From contig CAWJTV010000039.1 of assembly GCA_963845755.1 (NCBI GenBank), positions 128,001-192,000 on the forward strand: a stretch of DNA of 64,000 bases. The letters run 5' to 3'. The position numbers and the translations under genes were made by a program. Numbering within the stretch: the stretch's first letter is position 1; each line of letters opens with the position of its first letter. Shown here piece after piece: positions 30,825 to 40,921 of the stretch. Origin of the DNA: an uncultured Planctomycetota bacterium. Lineage in GTDB: Bacteria; Planctomycetota; Planctomycetia; Isosphaerales; Isosphaeraceae. The notes beneath the pieces were generated by a model. The model was given only the letters and a program-made list of their open reading frames with translations, ran no database searches and was not told the DNA's origin.

Positions 30825-32769
30825 TCAGCGCACCGTCGCCGGCGGCTCGAGCGGGATCGACGCCGAACCTCGCGGGGCGCGCGCCTCCTGAGTCGCGGCC
30901 GTCGCGCTGATGTGCTCCAGGAGGACCCTGCGGACCTCGATGATCGCTTCGGGGGCCTTTTGCACGCCGTGGTCGGACCGCACGATCTTCTCGGGGACGC
31001 CATCGAGGTGTGAGCTGTGCCAGGTGACGACCCCGTCAGTGGACTCTTCCACGCCTGTCACGCGATTCGACCCGATGATCGAGTAGAAGGCGACCTTCTG
31101 GCTCGGCGTCATGGCGAGGAGGGCCGTCAGAATGGGCGAATTCGAGTAGAGCGTCTCGATGCTGGTCGGGAACCGCCGGAACTTTCGCGTGTCGAAGGCG
31201 TGTTGATTGTCTTTGACCAGTCCGTAGAGCAGCTTGTGAATGTGATCCGACTCGGAGATCAGGTTGGTGCCGACCCGGCCGATCACGCCGCGCGACATAT
31301 CCGAGCCGTGATGTGGCGTGGCCAGGAAGACCACCCGGTTGACAAACGGCAGCGACTTGAAGAAGAGGTATTTGTGCAGTTCGTCGAGCACCTCGTGCGG
31401 ACCGATGATTTCGTCGAACGACCGGAACGAGTAGAGCCGCCAGAGCTTATCGCCGCTGTCAACGGCCATCATGTGGCTGAGCAAGCCACCCATGCTGTGC
31501 CCCAGCAGGACCATCCGCTCGAAGGCCGGATCGCGGCCGTCCGGGTTGTACATCTGCTTGGCTTGGATCAGGTCCTCGCGCAGGCTCGCCGCGGCGATCG
31601 GGATTGGCACGCCGGTCGGGTACATGTAGAGCAAGAACTGGTATTTCTGCTGGATCGCCGCGTTGCGCTGCAGCTCGTTGAGCATCGGGATCCAGGCCAA
31701 GGGGGAGGAGATCAACCCGTGGACCATGACGACCGGGATCTTCCCGGGCTCATACGGGCGGATCAACAACAGGTTCGCCCGCTCCAGGACCTTCTCCGGG
31801 CGGAGCAAACCCGACCATCGGAACCGTTCGAGGTCGGTGCGCGACCACATGTAGGCCAGCGGAGTCGTCAGGTCGATTTCCAGCGCCAGTTGATTTTTCT
31901 CGTCGGAGCCGACGGTTCGATGCCGCACGGGGTCGATCAGCCAGAGGGTGCAGACCCGGGCCTTCTCGACGTCCACATTGGAGTCGAGGAGACGCGAGTT
32001 CGGCACGAGGAACGCCGTCAAGGGGAAGGCCATCTCGTTCGGATAGAACCGCTCTTGCGGTGCCCGGTCCTTCAGTTTATCCGACGCCTCGCGGACGCCG
32101 ATGAGTGGGATTCCCAGGCCGTACTGGTTGAAGTCACGGTTCAAGCCGCTAACCTCGAAATCCGAGGCCAGGAGGATCTTGTGGATGTCGGAGGTCTGCC
32201 AAGGTGAATCCTGGAGGACGATCTGCAACTTCTCCTCGCGGCCGTGGAACTTGAACGGGATGACCTTTCCCTCTTGCGGCTCGATGTGCCCCTTGGTCAT
32301 GGCCGCGCAGGATCAGGTGGTCAACGCTCCCGTTATAGATCTCCATCGCCTGGCGATAGCGGGGATCGGACGGACTCCGGCCCTCGACCAGCACCGGGTT
32401 GGTCTCAAAGAGGTAGTCGTGCGCGTAGGCCGCCGCGTCGAGGAACCGATCGAGGGCCTGGGGCTTGCGCCATCGGTCCAGCCGGCGACCCTCGATCCAG
32501 GAGAGCTCGGCCAGCGCATAGACCAGCTCGGCCTCGGGCCGACGCTGGGCGAGTTTCTCGATCCGCAGCAGCGTGTTGTTCACATCGCGCCGGTAGTCGC
32601 GCTCCAGGTCGTATCGCTTGAGCGTCTCGAGGGTTCGCTCGGTCGGCCGGTCCAATGACGCGACGCTCCGATAGGACGCAGTCGCGCGGTCGCCGCGGCT
32701 CGCCTGAATCTCGATGTCCGACCAGCCCAGCAGGGCCGAGACCATGACGGTGAGTTGTGCCATCGGCAT
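30825..32769 (-). CDS. Alpha/beta hydrolase, esterase/lipase family (frameshift near 32305)
   Basis: VHGL, GHSMGG nucleophile elbow, ATPHHGS, DGVV and terminal His. Confidence 0.8.
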
Positions 32770-32898
32770 GCCGGGTCGCTCCTTTGACCCCCCGACGGGG
32801 CATCGATCGGCCTCCGTGCGCGATTCGGTCACAAATCATGCCGACGAAGCCCGACGGGGTCAATCCCGATCGCGAGATCGCGACGATCGACCCGCGCG

Positions 32899-33261
32899 TT
32901 AATATCCATCCCCGCGGAGGCCCCGGGCCACGTCCCGGCGGCCGGCTTCATAGCCATCATGGTAGCCCCGATCGAACCACTGCTCGCGGATCTCTTCCTC
33001 CCAGACCTCCATGCGCACCTCATGGTCCTCCGGCGTCGTCGCGCCAGTCCAGCGGATGAGCTGGGCCAGGCGCTCCATCTGCCGGGCCAGGAATTCGCCC
33101 GTGGCCGTCCGCCGAGCGCGGAAGGCGACCGTCTCCTGAGCGATGACCTCGGCCAGGGTCAGCGTCGAGTCGTCCCGTGGCGGCGGTGCGCGATCGAGCC
33201 GGAATGCATCCGTGGTGATCGTCACGCTTTCGCAGGTCGTGGGAAGAGTCGAAGCGATCAT
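32899..33261 (-). CDS. Small hypothetical protein coupled to the SWIM gene
   Basis: ATGA overlap with the upstream stop; 120 aa ending RGYHDGYEAG. Confidence 0.6.
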   Translation of the reverse strand: MIASTLPTTCESVTITTDAFRLDRAPPPRDDSTLTLAEVIAQETVAFRARRTATGEFLARQMERLAQLIRWTGATTPEDHEVRMEVWEEEIREQWFDRGYHDGYEAGRRDVARGLRGDGY

Positions 33262-33593
33262 CGCGCCACTCCTTTGCGGTCCAGCAGGCCGAACGCGACC
33301 ATCGCCTTGATGTGCTTGCAGCCCTCGGGGTCGATGCCGTCTCGGCGAAAGATGAAGTCGGGGCAGTCGCAGGTCAGGCCGTGCACCGTGAGGGCGGCGT
33401 CGTACCCCGTCCCGTCGGTCTTGGTCAGCCGATACGCCTTCAACGCCGCGGATCCGTCCGCCCGGTTCGGATTGACCCGATAGTCCATGCCATTGATGGC
33501 AATCGTCAACCGGCAGACCGCGCGGGCCGGTCGAAGCGCCCTCGGCCGTGGCTCCGCAGAGTGAATCGTCGTCTGTGTGGCAACATCGGTCAT
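33258..33593 (-). CDS. SWIM zinc-finger protein
   Basis: CDCPDF...CKH motif; AAGGAG ribosome-binding site upstream. Confidence 0.75.
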   Translation of the reverse strand: MTDVATQTTIHSAEPRPRALRPARAVCRLTIAINGMDYRVNPNRADGSAALKAYRLTKTDGTGYDAALTVHGLTCDCPDFIFRRDGIDPEGCKHIKAMVAFGLLDRKGVAR

Positions 33594-33659
33594 GGGTGTG
33601 CTCCTTCCCCTTGCAAGGCGGTCCACCGACCTGATCCTCGTTGAGGGACGATGGTTTTC

Positions 33660-33702
33660 TGTACTTCCGTACATTATACCAGGATGGCCGCGTGGGGATC
33701 AA
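33660..33702 (-). promoter_or_regulatory. Sigma70-like promoter with overlapping palindromic operator
   Basis: TTGATC-N18-TATAAT with an extended TG; TGTAC-N4-GTACA at 33660-33673. Confidence 0.6.
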
Positions 33703-33851
33703 CCGTTTTTCGGGAATCGCGGCGACTTCGATCCGAGCCGAGAGCTCAGATCAGCTATTCATCTTCTTCACTCTCTGGATTTTTCGTGGATTTCGTGGTT
33801 GAACTCTTCCAGGGAGAAGGGTCAAGAGCTGTGAGGGTCCGGGTCGTTTAC

Positions 33852-33991
33852 AGTCGTCCTCCGTAGGATCCCTGCCGCCGTGCCGCACCTCTGGGGATTC
33901 CGAATTCCGGATTCGAGATTCCGGATTCCCGGATCATTCCCCTTCGGGAATCGGGAATCCCGATTGGGTTGCGGCCGAAGGCCGCGTTAGG
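33852..33991 (+). repeat. Heptamer-rich repeat element, copy 1
   Basis: Near-identical inverted copy at 37124-37275; ends GGTTGCGGCCGAAGGCCGCGTTAGG. Confidence 0.85.
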
Positions 33992-33996
33992 CGCTC

Positions 33997-35291
33997 TTAG
34001 ATTCTGAGCAATACCCCATTCCCGGTATTCCGCGTATTCCGCACCAGGGCGAACACCGCGATCGCCGCGAGGACAGGCGCCGCGCTCGCCCCGAGCAAGA
34101 TGGGCTCAAAAGAATACTTGTCGGTGACCACTCCGATGGTGTACGTCACCGCGATCGTCACGAAGCCCGTGACCGTCCCCGCGAGCCCACTCACCGTGGC
34201 CACGGACCCGCTCTCGAACAGATCCGACGGCAACGTCAGGAAGACGGTGGCGCAGGCCGCATAGCCGAGCGTCGCCAGCCCGAATTCGGCGATCAGCAGC
34301 CAGAGCCGCGTGGTGTAAACCGCCGGTATCATGAGCAGCATCAGTGGGCCGCAGATGAGGAAGATGATCCTTCGCGGCCCCCACACTCCACCCCCGATGA
34401 ATGAAGTAGCTGGACAGGCCACCGCCCACGAAGTTCCCCAGATCCGCGCAAAGGAACGGAATCCAGAAGCCCAGGAGCGTGTCCTCGAGGTGGAACCCGC
34501 GGCTCGCCAGAAAAAGGGCGAACCAATCGGCGACCAGAAACCAGTATGGATCGAGAATCGCTTTCGCCAGGACAACGCCCCAGGTCTGCCGGTAGCGCAC
34601 GAGACTCGACACCGGGGCGCGTCGGGCGCCAGGGTCTCAGCTCCGCCCGAGCGCCCCTGAGAATCATGGCCCGCTCGGAATCGCTGATGTGGGGATGATC
34701 CTCCGGCCGGTGATACGTCGCCATCCAGGCGAGTAGCCAGAGAAACCCCAGCGCACCCGTGATCAGAAACGCGGGACGCCAGGTGCCGAACACGTGAAAG
34801 AGCCACACCACGAGCACCGGCGCAACGGCCGCTCCGATCGCCGAGCCGCTATCGAACAGCGCCACCGCGATGCCACGTTCTCGAGCCGGAAACCATTCCG
34901 AGACGGCCTTGGTCGCGGCGGGCCAGTTCGCCGCCTCGCCGGCGCCCAACAAGAACCGGAACGTGCAAAAGCTCCCGAGGCCATTGGCCAACGATGTCAG
35001 CATGGCCATCACCGAATACCACGCCACCGCAATGCCCAAGCCGCTCCGGGTGCCCAGCACATCGACCAGGCGACCCCCGATGAGCTGCACGACGGCATAC
35101 GAGACGCGAAACGCGATCACGATCAAGGCGAAATCTCTGTTGGTCCAGTGATATTCGGCCTTCAGGTAGGGCGCCAGCACGTTGAGCGTCTGTCGATCGA
35201 TGTAATTGATGACGGTGGAGGCAAAGAGCAACCCTCCGATCCACCAGCGCAAACCCGGAACCTCGAAACGAGGAGAGCGAGAGTGCCTCAC
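33997..35291 (-). CDS. MFS transporter, ExuT/hexuronate-like (frameshifts near 34600 and 34380)
   Basis: [37 protein letters not shown] and DPYWF motifs. Confidence 0.8.
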
Positions 35292-35362
35292 AGGGGATCT
35301 CCGGGAGGGCCGGGTGGCCGGAAGGCTGGATTATCCTTCCGGGGACTCGGCGTGGCTGAAAA

Positions 35363-35424
35363 GCTGTTTCAAAACGGGGACAGGCACCTCGAAGACTCGG
35401 AGCCAGTCCCCGTTTTGAAACAGC
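35363..35424. repeat. REP/MITE-like hairpin
   Basis: GCTGTTTCAAAACGGGGAC ... GTCCCCGTTTTGAAACAGC, a perfect 19-bp inverted repeat. Confidence 0.8.
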
Positions 35425-35433
35425 CTGTTATGG

Positions 35434-36204
35434 TCACGCCGAGGCGGCGGTCTGGGCGGCCGTCCAGGCGAGGTACTGGTGAATCACGTCCTCGACGGGC
35501 CCGTCGGCGACGAGCTGGCCGTGCTGGATCCACAGGCCCCGCGTGCAGAACTCGCGCAGGGCGTTGAGGTCGTGGGAGACGAGGATCAGGGCGTGGGTTC
35601 GCTGGACGAGGTTGTGGAGCCGTGCGCGGGCCTTCTCCAGGAATGCGGCGTCGCCGACGCCCAGCGCCTCGTCGATGAGCAAGATATCCGGATTGACCTC
35701 GGTGGCGATGGCGAAGGCCAGCCGCATGTACATCCCGCTGGAGTAGTACTTCAGGGGCATCTCGGCGAACTCGCGCAACCCGGTGAACTCGTAGATCCCG
35801 GCCGCCTTTTCGAGCATCTCGCTCCGGCTGAACCCGAGCATGGCGCCGTTGAACACGATGTTGTCGGCGCCGGAGAGCTCCGGATTGAAGCCGGCGCCCA
35901 TCTCGATCAGGGGGGCGACGCTCCCGCGGATCGACACCCGTCCCGAAGTGGGCGGATAGATCCGCGCCAGCAGGCGCAGGAGCGTGCTCTTGCCGGCGCC
36001 GTTGCCGCCGATCACGCCGACCCGCTCCCCCTTGACGATATTCAAGGTGATGTGGCTCAGCGCCCAGAACTCGGACCGCGGTCCCAGCGACTCGCGGCGC
36101 AGGACCAGGTCGAGCACCGCCCGCTTGAGCGAATACTGCTTATCGGCGTAGTTCACGAAGCGGAGCGAGACATCGTTCAGCTCGATCAGCGGGGACGCGG
36201 TCGT
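35434..36204 (-). CDS. wzt: Polysaccharide ABC exporter ATPase (start codon unclear)
   Basis: GGNGAGKST, YSSGM..RLAF, LIDE and VSHD motifs. Confidence 0.85.
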   Translation of the reverse strand, partial: TTASPLIELNDVSLRFVNYADKQYSLKRAVLDLVLRRESLGPRSEFWALSHITLNIVKGERVGVIGGNGAGKSTLLRLLARIYPPTSGRVSIRGSVAPLIEMGAGFNPELSGADNIVFNGAMLGFSRSEMLEKAAGIYEFTGLREFAEMPLKYYSSGMYMRLAFAIATEVNPDILLIDEALGVGDAAFLEKARARLHNLVQRTHALILVSHDLNALREFCTRGLWIQHGQLVADGPVEDVIHQYLAWTAAQTAASA

Positions 36205-36236
36205 GGGATGCTGCTGCGCGGGTGCCCCGCCGCCGA

Positions 36237-37109
36237 TCAGAGTCGGAAGACCATCTTGTCTTCGTGCGACTTGAATATGGCATAACCGACTCCCAGGCTG
36301 GCCGCCGCGATCGCGGCCGACATCGACCACAGCCCCAAACCGGGCCATTGTCCCGCGTACAACACGTCGTGGAACAGCTCGATAAAGTAGTAGGCCGGAT
36401 TGAGCCAGAAGATCCACTGGGCATTGTCCGGAAAACGGCTCGTCGGATAGAGGATGGGCGTGAGGAAATACCAGGCCTGCAAGAACACGGAGATCAGATG
36501 GCCGCAGTCGCGATAGAACGTGTTGGCCGTCGCGACGATCAGGCTCAGGCCCAGCGTGAAGATCGCGAACAGGGCGATCACGACCGGCAACGCCAGCATC
36601 GACCACGAGGGGAGCGCCCCGAGCGGCAACAGCATCAGGAACATCGCACCCAGCGAGAAGACGAAGGTCACCAGGGCGATCAGCACCCGAGACAACGGGA
36701 AAACCAGCTTCGGGATGTAGATCTTCCGGATCAGTCCCTCGTTGGCGATGATGCACATGGCACTGTCGTTGAGGCTGACGCTCAGGAGGCTCCAGGGGAC
36801 CATCCCGGCCAGCAGGAACAGCGTAAAGTGCGGGTCGTCCGTCTTGAGCAGATGGGAGAAGACCAGGGAAAGCGTGGCCAGCATCAAGAGCGGGTTGAGC
36901 AGCGTCCAGAAGAACCCGAGGATGGACCGCTGGTAGCGGACGCGCAGCTCCTGGACGACCATGTTCTGGACGACCGGCCAGAACCGCACGAGTTGAAGGC
37001 GATCCTCGGCCAGCCGCGCCCTCCAGAGGCTCGGCCCGCGCGGCGTCGGCGGCGGCGGAAAGAACTCCGCGTGCGGCACCCTGGCACCGGGGCTCGTGCG
37101 AACATCCAT
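36237..37109 (-). CDS. wzm: Polysaccharide ABC exporter permease
   Basis: RYQRSILGFFWTLLNPL, YRD, TPILYP and LNP motifs; about 6 TM helices. Confidence 0.88.
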   Translation of the reverse strand: MDVRTSPGARVPHAEFFPPPPTPRGPSLWRARLAEDRLQLVRFWPVVQNMVVQELRVRYQRSILGFFWTLLNPLLMLATLSLVFSHLLKTDDPHFTLFLLAGMVPWSLLSVSLNDSAMCIIANEGLIRKIYIPKLVFPLSRVLIALVTFVFSLGAMFLMLLPLGALPSWSMLALPVVIALFAIFTLGLSLIVATANTFYRDCGHLISVFLQAWYFLTPILYPTSRFPDNAQWIFWLNPAYYFIELFHDVLYAGQWPGLGLWSMSAAIAAASLGVGYAIFKSHEDKMVFRL

Positions 37110-37123
37110 ATCCGAAAGGATCC

Positions 37124-37275
37124 CCTAACGCGGCCTTCGGCCGCAACCCAATCGGGATTCCCGATTCGAGATTCCGGATTCCCGAAGGGGAAGGATCCGG
37201 GAATCCGGAATCGCGAATCCGGAATTCGGAATCCCCAGATGCGCGCACGGCGCAGGGATCCTACGGAGGACGACT
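37124..37275 (-). repeat. Heptamer-rich repeat element, copy 2 (inverted)
   Basis: Reverse complement matches 33852-33991 with two extra heptamers. Confidence 0.85.
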
Positions 37276-37400
37276 CTACATCCCACCGCATCGAGCCCGA
37301 TCGGGATTCGACCCGACCCTGACCGCGCGGCGAGGCATCTTACGGACAAGGCCCGCTTCACGGAAGGTCAACCCGCGCGATCGGCGGACGCCTCTCGCGA

Positions 37401-39285
37401 TCAATCGCTATCCGGCTGCCGGGAGACGGTTCGGACGCCGATCCGGGTCGCCAACCGGATCTTCTGACGGCCGGGCAGCGCCTTGATGTACTGGGATCGC
37501 AACGCGCCCAGCCATCGCATTTCGCGCCCCTCGTAACTTACGATGACCTGGGTGAGTACGGGACCGGGGCAAGCTAGGGCGCGCTGGATACCCTGGAGTA
37601 CATCGGCATTACTGGCGATCTGGTTGAAGGTCAAGCCGACCGACTGGGCGAATGCCGCGAAGTCGATGCGGGCGATGTCGGTGGCGGTGGTGCGGCGGTA
37701 GACGGGCTCCTGGAGCATCTGCATGTAGTGATAGGCGCCATCGTCGAAGACGAAGAACTTGACCGGCAGGCCGGCCCGGGCGGCCGTGGACATCTCGATG
37801 GCCGACATCAGGAAGCAGCCGTCGCCCGTGACGCAGACGACCTGACGATCCGGGCAGACTCGCTGCGCGCCGAGGGCCGCCGGGATCGCCCAGCCCATGC
37901 TCTGGTTGTTCGCCGGGGTGAAGTAACGGCGCGGGGACTGGACCTCGATGGTTTCGGACGCCCAGTGAGTGGATGCGGTCACGTCAACGAATATCAGCTC
38001 CTCGGGACCCAGCCCGGTCCGCAAGTTCCCGAGGAAGAACAGCGGGTCCACGCACGGCTCGACCCGGACCGTGACCGCCTCACACCGGTCGAACCTGCCG
38101 CCACTTGTGGATATCCTGCCAGAGTTTAGGGCAGGGGGGGCGTCGGATCGCACCGCCGTCGGCGAGGAGCCGGTCGAGGAAGATGCGGGCATCGGCACAG
38201 AGGCATACATGCGTGGGCACGTTTCGGCCGAGGTTCTGCGGGTTGATGTCAACGTGGATCAACGTCCCCGGCTGAGGGATGGCGTAGTTGGCCGTCGAGA
38301 CCTCGCTGTAGCGGACGCCGATGGCCAGCACGAGATCGACGTCGCGGAACGCCGCCTCGGCGGCGCGGGTCCCTTGCCGGCCATATCCCCAGCCGACGGC
38401 CAGGGGATGCGCATCGGGGATGCACCCCTTGCCGCTGACCGACGTGGCCACAGGCGCCTGGAGGAGCTCGGCGACCGCGGCCAGTGCGGGGGCGGCCTCG
38501 ATGCACCCCAGGCCCGCGTAGATCCCGACTCGCCGCCGACGGTCGGCCAGATGGGCGAGGGCCTGGCTATAGGCGGCCTCGTCGAAGGGCACGGGATAGG
38601 GCGGGGGAACCGGCTGGTCGTAGTCCCAAACCTCTTGATACAGGGGATACGGAATGATCACCGCGGCCGGTCCCGGCTCGCCCGATCGGGCCAGCCGGAA
38701 CGCCTGGAAGAGGGCGCCGGGGATCTCGGCCTGGTGCCGGACCTCGATCAGACCCTTGACGACCGGTCGCACGATGGCGGCATTGGCCAGCCCGTGCACC
38801 TGGCCGACGGGCGCGTGGGCCGAGCGATCGATGTCGGTAATGATGCCGACGACCGGGATGCTATCGTAGAGCGCCTCGCCGAGGCCGGTCATGGCGTTGG
38901 TCAGTCCGGGGCCGGGCACGACGGCGAAGGCACCCACTGCGCCGGTGGCGCGCGAGGCGGCGTCGGCCATCACGCTGGCCGAGAATTCGTGCGCGACCAG
39001 CAGATAGGGGACCCGGCGGGCCTTCAGGGCATCCCACAGCTCGTTGTTCTGGGCGCCGGGGATGCCGAAGACGCAGGGGACACACTCGCAGGCCAGTGCG
39101 GCGGCGACCGCCTGGGCACCGGTCATCTTGCCCTGTACGCCCGAGCGTTTTACGAATCGGCCCAGCTCGACCGGGCCGGCCCGCGCCGTCGCGGGCGGTC
39201 CCCCGGCGAGCGCCGCCACGGTCGCGATCGCCCCCGCCGCGCCGCCTGCGCCCAGGATTTCCCGCCGGTTGACCTGCGGTGACAC
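37401..39285 (-). CDS. ThDP-binding enzyme (acetolactate synthase-like) with twin-arginine signal (frameshift near 38085)
   Basis: VFGIPG, HE, GPGLTN, SMGWAIPAALG and GDGCFLM motifs; N-terminal NRREIL...ARA. Confidence 0.85.
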
Positions 39286-39442
39286 GGGGTGATGCCTCCT
39301 TGCCGGCTCGGGTCAGCCTCTCCGTCCTGCGCCGGCCGGTTCCGTCGCGAGAATGCTGTCTCTTTAACCGTCCCCATCGGCCGTGTCTGGTAGGTTTCAC
39401 CCACCCGACAAGGCTCGGATGCCATCCTCGGCCCGTCTCTTA

Positions 39443-39722
39443 GAGCGCTTTACCGATGGGTTGCGCACGCAAACAGCGGATCTTCTGCGGCCTGAAGGGC
39501 CGCCGGAGCCCAGCCCGGGGTGGAAACCCCGGGACTCGGTCGCACCGCCCCGACGGGTGCACCCTGAAGGGGTGCTGGCGGGGGTCTCCTGCGGCCCTAC
39601 AGGCCGCTCGGATGCGGGTTTGCTGTCGGACCCCGGGTTTCACCCGGGGCTGGGCTCCGGCGGCCTTTCAGGCCGCAGATGATCGGCTAGCCTCGTGTGC
39701 GCAACGCAAGCGTGATGCGCTC
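39443..39722. mobile_element. 280-bp palindromic MITE flanked by TA
   Basis: TA|GAGCGC...GCGCTC|TA, imperfect TIRs of about 30 bp, long inner inverted repeat (about 39484-39679). Confidence 0.65.
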
Positions 39723-39926
39723 TAACCGTCTCGATCGGTCGGTCGGTTCGCAAGGCTGCCGTGAGGATATCGGCGGGCCGACGGCGACTCCTTCGCCCGG
39801 GGACGCCCCCTTTCGAGCCGGATCGCCCGGCGACGACCGGATCATCCGCACAATTGGCCTCAACCGGCAGGATCCCAGCCGCCGGGTCGGTGGCGCAGAA
39901 TCGGATATTCCGGGATCCGGGATCGT

Positions 39927-40817
39927 TCAGGCGACGACGCAATCGCGGCCGTCGCGCTTGGCTTGATAGAGCCGCTCGTCGGCCCGCTTGATCAACTCCA
40001 GGGGGGACACGACATCGTTCCCCTGGATCGAGGCCACCCCCAGGCTGATCGTGACCTCGTACTCGCGACCCTCGAAGATGAACGGCTGTCTCTTCACGGT
40101 CCGTCGGAGTTGATCGGACAGTGCGGCTGCCGTGGCCTGGTCCGCTTCGGTCAGGACCGCCACGAATTCCTCGCCGCCGTAGCGGGCCAGCAGATCGTCC
40201 TTGCAGATCTCCGACCGGAGGCGGCCTGCCAGTTCGCGCAACGTCAGGTCTCCGGCCAGGTGGCCCATCGTGTCGTTGATCGACTTGAAGTGATCGATAT
40301 CGAAGAGGATCAGGGCCAGCGGTCGGCTGTACCGCGCCGAGCGGTCGATCTCCCGCTGGAGGTAGTCCAACAAGTAGCGCTTGTTGTACAGGCCGGTCAG
40401 GGCGTCGAGGATCGCCAGCCGGTACAGCTCCTCGTGGTATTCGGCCTCAACATTGCCGCCGGCCAGGAAACGATACAGGCAGTTGCCGACGCGGACGTAG
40501 TCGCCATCGGCCAGGGGAGTCCGACGCGCGGGCGTGTCGTTGACGAAGGACCCGTTGGTGCTGTCCAGGTCCGTGACGAGATAACCGTCGATGTCCAGGT
40601 CGAACCGCACATGGCGGCGCGAGACCGAGTGATCGACCACGGTGATATCACAGTCATCGCCGCGGCCCAGGACGATCGTTTCGTTCCCCAGGAGGTGGCG
40701 GGTGCCCATGGCCAACCCGGTCGGGTAAATATGGACCAGGCAGGCATTCCTGCAGGTTCGGGATAGAGGTCGCTTCGACTCGACCTGCTGCGTCACAGGC
40801 TGGATTCTCATGGCCAT
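39927..40817 (-). CDS. FHA-domain diguanylate cyclase
   Basis: FHA: LGRG, SVSRRH, STNG. GGDEF: DALTGLYN, DIDHFK.IND, RYGGEEF. Confidence 0.92.
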   Translation of the reverse strand: MAMRIQPVTQQVESKRPLSRTCRNACLVHIYPTGLAMGTRHLLGNETIVLGRGDDCDITVVDHSVSRRHVRFDLDIDGYLVTDLDSTNGSFVNDTPARRTPLADGDYVRVGNCLYRFLAGGNVEAEYHEELYRLAILDALTGLYNKRYLLDYLQREIDRSARYSRPLALILFDIDHFKSINDTMGHLAGDLTLRELAGRLRSEICKDDLLARYGGEEFVAVLTEADQATAAALSDQLRRTVKRQPFIFEGREYEVTISLGVASIQGNDVVSPLELIKRADERLYQAKRDGRDCVVA

Positions 40818-40921
40818 CCCTCACACCCAACGGCCGATGCGGAACGCTTCCCTCCGGATGACCGACCGATCGAGCCCAGTGATTGTGGTGTCCCCACCCA
40901 AGTCTAGATCATGAGTGGCGA

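Noticed and set aside
35434..37248. 604-aa ORF as an N-terminally extended or fused Wzt
   Set aside because: The extension is an alternative frame of wzm and the repeat element; homology begins only near 36190.
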